From the human T2T-CHM13v2.0 reference genome, Homo sapiens, in assembly GCF_009914755.1 (NCBI RefSeq), contig NC_060940.1: a stretch of 64,000 bases of DNA; one strand, 5' to 3'. The notes beneath the pieces were generated by a model, which worked only from the letters and a program-made list of their open reading frames with translations, did no database searches and was not told the origin of the DNA. The translations under genes and the position numbers were made by a program. Shown here piece after piece: positions 52,948 to 64,000 of the stretch (the first letter of the stretch is position 1; each line of letters begins with the position of its first letter).

Positions 52948-53271
52948 AATTTCCAATTCTCCTAATTAAAAAAACCTTACTAGCAACAAGGGACAAGAGA
53001 TTATGCACAGGCTGTTATCACCTGCTGAGTCCTCAGAGGCTGAGGTGACACACATGCTCCTCCTTGCTTATATGCACTGCTGGAAGAATGGGAAAATCAA
53101 TTGATTAAAATCGTGCTTGTGCTATTTATATTTTGTGATAATGGGATAATTATAGGCTTCCAGGGTTTTTTGTTAAAATTAATGATAGGTGATTGCATGG
53201 AACGTCTTAGCTTTCAGTATAGGAGTTCACGACTCTCTGACTTATGTGGGGGATTATTATGGATCTATAGG

Positions 53272-53660
53272 CTATTCATCAAGGTTCATTCAGTTACAAA
53301 AAACAGACTCTTTTCAAACCTAACTCATGATAAAATCGTTCTAAAGAGGGGACACGGACCTAATCTTCATTGGATGTGTCATCCGTGTGAAGTGCAGGAC
53401 AGCAGTGGTAGAACTCAGTTTCTCAGGACTGAGTTTCTCCTCCATGGTCTGCAGGCTTGCCTGTCTTCTCTCTCCTGGCTTTTTCTACCAGGTAGGAGGC
53501 TCTGTTTTGGGTAGATAGTGAACACCAGCACCCCCGACCCCCGCAGAGGCTTTAAAATCGAGGCTCCTTGTCTACTCATTTCTAGTTAGAAAAACCTAGG
53601 GCTTCCTTACCTGCTCTCTCTCCTGGCCAATCCCTAGGGAAAAACACATCATTCAAGGTG
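53272..53660 (-). mobile_element. Old MLT1 (J/K-like) LTR, continuing after the L1 at about 54712-54775
   Basis: ttcagttacaaaaaacagactc...ctggccaatccct...ggaagtctttccctaaaa. Confidence 0.5.
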
Positions 53661-53666
53661 GGGTAA

Positions 53667-54698
53667 AGAGTTCGTTTCTCCACATCCTCCTCAACACTTT
53701 GGATCTTTTTGTATTTTTTTATAATGCCCATCTTGACTGGTGAGAGGTGATATCTCATTATGATTTTGATTTTTATTTCCCTAAAGATAAGTGATGAGTA
53801 TCTTTTCATGTACCTGTTAACCATTTATACATCTTTTTCTGGAGAAATGCCTATCATGTTCTTAGCCCATTTTTAATCAGGTCATTATTATTTTGCTGTT
53901 GAGTCATTGGAGTCCTTATACTTTTATATTAATCCCTTATTAGATTATGACTTGTAAATATTTTTTCCCCACTATGTAAGTTGCCTTTTCTCTCTGTTCT
54001 TTGTAGAATGCTTCTACTCTGATAAAGTCCTACTTGTCTAATTTTACTTTTGGTGTCATATCTGAGAAATGATTGCCAAGCTCTTGCATAGCATTGGTGG
54101 GAATGTATAATGGTAGAGCCACTATGGAAACCAGAATGGCAGTTGTTAAAGCCAGAGTTACTAGCAGTTATCCAGCTATGCTGCTTCTGCATATACATCC
54201 AAAGGAATTGAAATCAGATTCCCAGAGATAGCTGTACTCCCATGTTCATTGCCACATCAATCACAACAGATAAGATGTGGCAACAATTAAATGTCCATCA
54301 ACAGATGAATGAATAAAGAAATGTGGTATAGATAATGGAATATTTTTCAGCCATAAAGATAATCCTGCCATATGCTACAACATGGATGAAACTGGAAGAC
54401 ATGATGCCAAGTGAAATAAGCCAGTTACCAAAGGACGAATACTGTATGACTCTACTTCGATGAGACATCTAAATAGTGACACTCATAACAACAAAGTAGA
54501 AAGGTGGTTGCCAGGGATTGAGGGGAGGGCAAATAGGAGTAGCTGTTCCACAGGTATGAAGTTTCAGTCATGCAAGATTAATGAATTCTAGAGATCTGCT
54601 TTAAGACACTGCCTATAGTTAACAGTACTGCGTTGGGCACTTGCAAATTTGATGAGAAGAGGATATTTCTCATGTTAAGTCGTCTTACCACAAAAAAT
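53667..54698 (+). mobile_element. L1MB1/L1MA10-like element with 5' inversion (53667-54080 antisense, 54081-54698 sense)
   Basis: ORF 53582-53824 (NRYMKRYSSLIFREIKIKIIMRYHLSPVKMGIIKK) is ORF2p; sense part runs attggtgggaatg...tctcatgttaagtcgtcttaccacaaaaaa. Confidence 0.9.
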
Positions 54699-54778
54699 TA
54701 GGGTGAAAGAGGGGGAAGTCTTTCCCTAAAACGGGATATGAGAGTGTGTTTCCATCAGACGGGAGGATTCATGAGTAC

Positions 54779-55192
54779 GATAGTCTCCCTTATCCACATG
54801 GGATACGTTCCAAGACCCCAAGTGGAAGCCTGAAACCACAGATAGTACTGAACCCTGTATATACCGTGTTTTTTTTTCCTATACATGCATACTTATGATA
54901 AAGTTCAATTTATAAATTAGGCACAATAAATGAACAGTAATAAAATTGAACAGTTACAACTGTACTCTAATAAAGGTTATATGAATCTGGCCTCCCTCTC
55001 AAGATACCTTATGCTTCTTTTGATGAAAGGACAGAGCAAGATGGCACAAGATTTCACCAACCCACTCAGAAGTATGCAATTTAAAACGTACACACTATTG
55101 ATTTGTGGAACTTTCCATTTCTTTTAAGACTGTGGTTGACCATGGATACCTGAAACCATGGAAAGGAAAACAGCTGTTGAGAGGACTACTTT
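54779..55192 (+). mobile_element. MER44 (Tigger7-derived) DNA transposon
   Basis: tagtctcccttatccacatgggatacgttccaagaccc...gatagtactgaaccctgtatatac...ggactact. Confidence 0.88.
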
Positions 55193-55775
55193 ACAAGGAA
55201 CAACACAGAACCAAGCAAACGGGCTCCCCCAGGATTGTTGTGGAACATCTATAGTTGAATATAAAAGTTTATATGTTCAATTTTATGGAGAAAATATCCT
55301 TTTTCAAAGGAATTAAGATTGAAAATTACTGGGTTATTTTTTACTGCCTAGGATGGAAGCAAACAAAAATATGGAAAGAAAATATTTAACTCATAGAAAT
55401 GCAATCTAGAGGTTAGTTCAAACGACAGACTGTACCAATAAGTGCAGATGGGCAAGTAACAGAATTCCTCTGGGAAAGAGGCAACAATGTGTGACCTGCT
55501 GTCTACCCAGGTAACAAAGCTGCATGTAACGTACGTTTAGGAAATATTTTGGCATCATACTACTTGATCCTCATGACAATCTTGTGAAGTTACCATTGGG
55601 TAACCCCCAGAGGAAGAAACTTGAAGTTTAAAATGTCTTTTATTTTCCCTATATGAAAAGAGAAATATTTAGAGTGGGTAAGTACAGAGCCATTACATTT
55701 TTTTGTTGTGGTCTATGAATTTTGACAAACTTGTATAGTTATACAATATCAACTCAAGTTATGTGAGTAACAATC

Positions 55776-56021
55776 TCTGAAGCAGGGGCTGGGTGCCTGG
55801 TTCTCAGTTCTAATCCTTCCACTTGTAGCTGTATACCCCTGGGAAAGTTATTCAATTTCTCTGTGACTAGTTTTCCAATTTGGAAAAGCGAGTAAGTAAA
55901 AGTCCACCTAAAGCATTGTCTATTTGAGGATCAAACGAGTTAAAGCACAAAACACACAGTTCATTTCCTGGCACGTGGCCAGTGCCATGCTAGTGTCAGT
56001 GCCATGCTAGTGTCAGTTATC
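55776..56021 (+). mobile_element. MIRb with a 17-bp tandem duplication
   Basis: ccacttgtagctgtatacccctgggaaagttattcaatttctctgtg; CAGTGCCATGCTAGTGT x2 at 55980-56013. Confidence 0.8.
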
Positions 56022-56494
56022 ACTTTACATTGTTTCCATGTAGAATAATATAGCCTTTCCTTTGTGCACTCTTAGCGTTCTGTTAACATTCAGGTCCCTG
56101 GATTTTCTTCTATCCAGGAAAGAGTGGTAAATATTTTATAAACAAACGTTTCTTCCAAAGAGAAATCCTGATGTTAGATCATCAGATGTATTTGTCATGT
56201 TGTCAAAGGGAGACAACACGGGAAAAGACTTTTCTTCCCACATTTTTATTTGAATTTGTGTTAACAATATTAGCAACAATATTGAGGGCTAACCCTTAGC
56301 GATAGCTAGCAAATTAGGAACCAGGTATTAGAATAAATTATTTTCATATGTCATTTTAGAGAACAAAATGGAGATTTTTCCTGTTCTATCTTATAAGAGA
56401 TTTTTGCAAGTCAGTGTATTAGAGACTTCGGTAAACCACAACCAGGACGTCATTGTGAAGTTCCATACTGGAATGGTGGATAAAGAATGCACTT

Positions 56495-56707
56495 GAGCAC
56501 CAAATGGCCCTGGGTCTGCAGCTCAGTCCAGCAGTTCCCAGATGGTTGACCTTTACCAGATAATATAACCTCTGAGTTTTGATTCCCTTCTGAGGGTGAT
56601 GATACCCATGGGAACACGGTAAAAACATTGCAGGGGATACTGGGCGTTAGAACCCACCACAAAATAACCTACGCATCAATAGTAGGTATTCATTAAATGT
56701 TACTTAC
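56495..56707 (+). mobile_element. MIR
   Basis: taacctctgagtttttg...atagtaggtattcattaaatgttactt. Confidence 0.5.
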
Positions 56708-57002
56708 TTCCCCGTCCCACACAGGTAACAGGCAACAAAAGTATCCTTTAGCATCCTATTTACTGGATAATCACCGCAGTTCTCTCTGCAACTAATTCCT
56801 ATGAAGACTTACATAATTTATATCAGGTTCAGGCCTCAATATCGGGTCGTCAGAAAAGACGGGAGGTCAGAAAGCCTGAGATGGCTGCATTCCCAGTGGT
56901 GCTACTGCACCTGGAACAGAGGCAGGGCTGAAAGAGACAGAAACTTAGATCCATAGCAAGATACCTGTGTGGAGAGTAGACATGGGCAAAATCGGCTGAC
57001 TC

Positions 57003-57340
57003 CGTTAGTGTTTGCCACATGAAACATGAACACCAAATTGCAGAGGCATATGGAAATACACATCTATTTGCATGGATGTGCAGGTTAGCTGGGGTCTGGC
57101 TGACCGAGGCTGGGCTCAGCTGAGGAGCTCTGCCCCATGCTGCAGCCACTGGGGTGGCTTGGCTCCACATGTCTTCCATCCTTCCCGAATGGTGGTGGAC
57201 CATAGCATCTTCCTCTCGTGGTGAGGGCAGACACAAAAGGACAGGACAAGTAAAGACACAGGTGTTTTAAGGCCTAGGCTTGACTTTGTGCAATCTCCCT
57301 TTTGCCAACATTTCATAGGCCAAAGTGCTTACTGTGGCTT
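57003..57340 (-). mobile_element. MLT1H-like LTR
   Basis: gcaggttagctggggtctggctgaccgaggctgggctcagctg...taaggcctaggctt...cataggccaaag. Confidence 0.7.
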
Positions 57341-57865
57341 GGATGTCACACAAATCTTTACAAAGTGCTTTGCAATCACCCGCAAAATCCCAGCGGCTCC
57401 AGTAGAGTTCATGCGTGCTATCTAATCGGCTCACTAAAATGGCCAACAAACCCCTGTAAACATGGTCAGTATTAATTAGAAAATTATTAATACTTAGCAC
57501 CCAGATTCTCATCCTGTGGCCAAGCCATGCACATTTCAAGAGTCACCTTACTTTTTTTCTCAATGCTTAAAATGTCCAAAGAGTTGATCCTTTCTGCCCA
57601 ATCGGTGCTCCTTCCAGTGATGTTCCCATTAAAACAACTTTATGAAGAATTATCTCAGGGTTATATTTAATACAAACTTTAAAAAAGGTCTTTGATCTGG
57701 GTATTGGACACTTTAAAATGTGTCTTGACAATTTGAGTTTATCTTTGCAGCAGGATTTTCAAAATACTAAATAATTGCCACTGGAATACTGAACTATTAA
57801 AACTTCAGTGTTTATCCTGTTTGATATTTTCATTCGTTATCAGCATTAAAATAATGTCATATGCA

Positions 57866-58268
<403 letters not shown>

Positions 58269-58384
58269 TTATAATGTTGTCACTCGTTTCCCCAAAATAT
58301 CTTCTCATTTTAATTCATGGTGATTCATTTCTTCTTGTTTCATGTTTTTTTTTCTTTAGTTTCTTTTTTGTTCATGGTATTCAT

Positions 58385-58520
58385 TGTAGGTATAATTGGT
58401 GCCCTTCCAGGTCCCCAGTGCACCCATCTCCCAATCACTTTTGTTTTTGGCCACTCAAGCATCAGACATGCTCACCTCCTGGGTATGGCTCTGAGCTGGG
58501 AGCTGCCTCCTCCAGGAGGT
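58385..58520 (+). mobile_element. LTR16-like 5' fragment
   Basis: attggtgcccttccaggtccccagtgcacccatc. Confidence 0.4.
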
Positions 58521-58887
58521 TAGTTCTTCTCTCCATCACACTATGGTCTTAAGACGTCTTGGCTATTCTGTAGAATTTGAATATAATGTCAAAATAATCA
58601 ACTTTGGTTCATTATTTATGACATTATTTGCCTCTTTTGCTCAACAGATTAATAAAATCTGAATGCATTTCTCACACCTGGTTTTGATTCAAAATGGCAA
58701 TTACTCCAACCAGTAGATATTGAGGAAGATAAGAATCAGTTACAGCTTTAGGAATCATCTGCAGCAATAGGACCATTGTTTGCCCCACTCTACTCTTACA
58801 AATTTCTGTAAGTATTACAGCCAAATAGGATTTCAGAGAAGCTATGCCTGGATGAATTGAACTTCATGTGAGAGAGAAAAGGATCTC

Positions 58888-59252
58888 TGTATAGCAAGGG
58901 GAGCCCAGCCCAGACTCTTGATCACCTTAGGAAGCCTTTTGCTGGCTGCTGTAAATGTTGGCTTCTAAGGTGTTGGGTAACTCTAGAGAAGGGGAGTTAC
59001 TCTTTCAGTGATGGGTGCCATCTTGCCAGAAATGTCACAACTTCCCAGGTGCAGCAATGGCCAATGACTGCCACCTTATAGGGGGTGTACGAAAGGCCAA
59101 GCCCCTTGATACAAGGTGGAGACAGCTGTGTGAAGGTGACTCATGCCGCAGTGCCATCCACGGGGAGGAGGCCAGGCTAGACCTCACCTGAGACTGCATT
59201 TTTGCTTCTCTCCTTCTTTCCTTACTCCCTGCCAGCCTTTATCCCCAGAGAA
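58888..59252 (+). mobile_element. LTR16A-like ERVL LTR (3'-truncated)
   Basis: tggccaatgactg...aaaggccaagccccttg...ggccaggctagacctcacctgagactgcatttttgct. Confidence 0.7.
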
Positions 59253-59315
59253 AGTGAAATGAGGACTCTTGTGACTTTCTTGACAAACATCTATTTATGT
59301 AGTACATAAAGCCAT

Positions 59316-60243
59316 GTTTTTTTAATAAACTAGGAATAATTTTAGTGTTACGTAAAGGTTGCAAATAAAATTTCCATACAGCCTTTACCCAACTTTCTCA
59401 AATAACATATTACATGACACAGTACATTGTTAAATCTAAAACATTAACATTGACACAATCCTCTTAGACTACAAGGATTATTTAGGTTTCATTTTTTTTT
59501 AAATTAATGCCCTCTTTCTATCCTAGGATTCCACCCAGAATGCCACATTACACTCAGGCTCCTGTTGACTTTTAGATTGTCTCTGTTTTCATGACCTTGA
59601 CTGTTCTCAAGAGTGCTGGTGAGATATGTTGTAGACTAGCCCTCAGATTGGACTTCCTGATGTTTTCCCATGATTAGACTGGGGTTATGAGTTTGGAAAG
59701 AGAATATTACAGGAGTGAGGTGGCCCGCTCATTGCATTATCTCGGGGCAAATGACGTCAACATGACTTTGAAATGCTGATGTTAATATTGGTCATTGCCA
59801 AGGTTTTTCGTTGTAATGTTTCTATTTTTCCTTTTCTTTCTATTCTTTGGAAACTAGTGAATAAATCCAGCCCTCACTCATCAGGAGGGGAATTAAGTCA
59901 TACCCCTTGGAGGGAATAAATCTACATATATTATCTAGAATTTTTAAGGAAAATTTATCCCTTGTGACATTTACTTATCCAATCATTTATTTATACCAAT
60001 ATTGACTTAGAGATTTTTCTATATTCTTTGAGTTACAGTAAAATGCTATAATTTGTTTTATTGCTCAACATTGTTCAGCTTTGGCCATTGGGAGCTCCTT
60101 CAGGTTGACTCCTACGTCCTTTTGACGTGGCTCATATTTTTCTTCTGTAGCAATGTCTAATTTTCTGGCATTGCTAGATGCTCCAGGCTCATCTTGTATT
60201 TCGTGCCTCAGACATACAATCAGACATTTCTCCAAGGAGCCAT
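59316..60243 (-). mobile_element. L1MC4-like 3' UTR
   Basis: ttttcatgaccttgac...catgattagactgggg...ttggccattgggagctccttcaggttg...ccaggctcatcttgtattt...tttctccaaggagcc. Confidence 0.85.
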
Positions 60244-60899
60244 AAGGGCCAATTTTATATGTATTCTAGAAAATATAATATGCCAAACAATTTGTATTTC
60301 ATAGCGTAAGTTTATCCTGGAGTGGGTTTCTGGGGAAATAATTATAAGGCAGGAAAATAACACATTCAGACACACAATTTGCTTTCTCTGTTCTCTTGTT
60401 TTTCCTTTCAGTGGTGACTGTCGGACATATGCATTTATGTTAAGAGCTGCTTTTGCTCAGTAACAAGCAACTAGAGTTCATGAATTTGTATCATAATTTT
60501 TTTTTCACCAGAAGTAGTTAATGGTTACTCTTTGTTCAGTTATTGCTAAGCTCAAATGGTTAAAAATAACAAGAATGTAACACTTTCATGTGGATCATTC
60601 CATGGAAAACCAAGTGACTAGTTCTTGAACTGAACCAAGGGATAAGGGAATGGACTGGACATCAGGTGGCTCTTCCCTAATCAGTGATGATTGTCTCTTG
60701 ATTCTGAGGGTGGGCAAGAAGGACCTAGGCATTCTATACCAGGCACAGAGAAAAGAACTGGAATGAAGGGAGAAAGACCACACCTCCTCCCTCTGAGTGC
60801 ATTTGTTTACTGGCTTTTTAGCCTATAACAACTTAATTGCATGTTTAGACAGTAGCTGACTGAAAAACTGTATGTGGAAAGATAAAAGAAATCCACTGA

Positions 60900-61225
<326 letters not shown>

Positions 61226-61749
61226 CTGATCTTCATTTGTATATGCATTTTAATCTAAAAAATTTAATGAACATTCAAGATGAATTTTTCTTCAATAGAC
61301 TTCCCAATTCATTTAAGACTCTCACCTACTCTTGCCCTCTCTACAGGAATTGCTTTATTGTCATACTGGCACCTTTTCTTGAATACATTATGTAAATAAG
61401 GGAACTGATAATTTGTTGAAGCTTTAGACTGGTGAGAATTTTTGACTACAGCTGCTTGGAATTTTCAAATACTTGTAGTAATAATCATTGCATATGATTT
61501 ATTTCTAAAACAGGCTTATGGCATCATTATGAATGCAGAGAAAATTCTGTTAAATTAAAAGTCAAAATGCAAAGCTTAATTAGCAGAATATATTTACCAG
61601 TAAGAAATAATGAAATACACATTAGTCAATTAAAATAAATGTAGCAGAATTCTACTCTTCTATAGTTGTATTTATTCTCTTCTATTCCATTAAAATGTCT
61701 TCTCTCTATTTTATTCACCAGGAGACCCAGGTTTTACCTCTGTTCATTC

Positions 61750-62450
<701 letters not shown>

Positions 62451-62459
62451 TACCTAAAT

Positions 62460-62835
62460 ATATAGCCTTTTGCCTCTGATTCTTTTAAGGTAGCATAATG
62501 TTTTTGAGGTTCATTCATATCGCAGCATACATCAGTATTTTTTTTCCTTTTTATTGCTGAATAGTGTTCTGTTTGTTCATTCAGTTGATGGGCATTGACT
62601 GCTTTTACTTTTTGGCTATCAACAATAATGCTGCTGTAAAAATTTGCATACAAGCGTTTGTGTAGAAATACCTTTCTCTTTTCTAGGGTAGATTCTTGAG
62701 AGTAGAATTCCTGAGGTGTATAACAAATGTACATATTTCTTTATTAAGAAGCTGCCAAACTGTTCTCCAAAGTAGCTATGCTGTTATATATCCCCACCAG
62801 CAATGTATGACCTACATTCCCGCCAACCTTGTTAT
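62460..62835 (-). mobile_element. L1MB8/L1ME-type ORF2 end fragment
   Basis: agcataatgtttttgaggttcattcat...gctgccaaactgttctccaaagtagct...ccaccagcaatgtatga. Confidence 0.85.
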
Positions 62836-64000
62836 TTCTGATTCCAATTATTTGTGCTTTTATAAATTTCAAGTCAGTGAATTCTAATGGAAACCATGAA
62901 TTCACATACCAAATGAATGGAATGTCTTGTGACATTGTGTTTCTACTGAGTTAAAGAATTTTAAAAAGTGGTAATTAATAGATAAAAGGAAATTATAAAT
63001 GGCTGGGTTGTAAGCAAGGACAACCATTGCGCAGCATAGCAAGTCAACTAAATCTTTCTGATCCAATGAGGTTTGCTCATTAGATTAAGTGAAAATGAAC
63101 TTGCTTCACTGTCACAATCACATGAATAGCTGGGTAGGTTTTCCAATAATCAAATGGTCCATCATTGGTCACACATCATAGATAGGGCTGGAATTAACCA
63201 TTGCAGAAAGTATAAGATCAAATACATGAAGCCAGTAATACAAAATAATACCAGACATTAACACCAGTCATCATAGAAAACTACACTCCTGAGAGATTTC
63301 ATTAGCTTCCAGGGAATACAGAACTGCGGAATACTTGCTCAAAGTAGAAAAAATATTGGGATGAAATGATTATCTTGGAAGTCATCAATTGTAGAACAAA
63401 GTAAGATTTCAAAATTATGGTTCAAAAATTTAAAAAGTTCTTAATTAAATATAGATATGTGTAGAATTAAGACTTCTTGACCATTTGTCATTGAAGGTGC
63501 AATTATACCTTAATGTCTACCTGGTAACTAGCTATTACTATTTTTTTAATGTACTCATCAGTGTGTTTTATTTAAGTTAATCATTAGCTTGAATTTGAAT
63601 TGAGGTCAGCTTAAATCTTAGAATAACTGATAGGTTCCTAATTAATTTCTACTTGAATTTTAAATCTAAAATATCTCGAATCTAAAATATATGCCTCAAG
63701 CAGAAATCCACTGGGTGCTAAATCTTGCTAGGAGATGTAGGAGACACATTTTGTTTAGAATGATAATAAAAAAACCAGTATATTTCAGGGTCTTCCAATA
63801 GCCATAACACATACAAATTATATAATAGAAATGTTAACTTATTGCAGATAAACAATGTAAGAGAAGTTAAAAGGTTGTTTACTTTTTATTTGGGAATATG
63901 ACACAAAGTTCGGGAGCATGATATGTGAATAAAAGGTAATTTTTTTTTTGGCAGAGGACAATTAAAGATCAATAGTGTATCCCCTTTCACACTGATATTG

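Noticed and set aside
53101-53514. 137-aa ORF
   Set aside because: TTG start, overlaps a probable MLT1 LTR, no homology recognised

Overview
Non-coding, AT-rich simian primate genomic DNA. AluJ, AluS and AluY, L1PA, THE1/MST and MER51 are present, and AluY suggests a catarrhine; I cannot name the species or locus. I found no credible protein-coding exon, RNA gene, CRISPR array or prokaryotic feature. Every ORF-track peptide I recognise is a remnant of L1 ORF1p/ORF2p or a translation of Alu/LTR sequence. Much of the window is interspersed repeat (L1, L2, MIR, Alu, MaLR/ERV solo LTRs, MER2/MER5/MER44), often nested. The most interesting signals are regulatory or evolutionary. (i) L1s are overwhelmingly on the minus strand and several sense LTRs have lost their AATAAA, suggesting the window lies inside a long plus-strand transcript. 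(ii) A roughly 5 kb CpG-retaining domain (about 15.9-21.2 kb) is centred on two co-oriented solo LTRs that keep TATA-like boxes, and is followed by an octamer / compressed SOX-OCT motif cluster; this is a candidate germline LTR promoter/enhancer module. (iii) There are several atypical retrotransposition or rearrangement structures. Repeat subfamily names come from recalled consensus sequences, not a database search; boundaries without TSDs are approximate. I cannot demonstrate a novel system from sequence alone.
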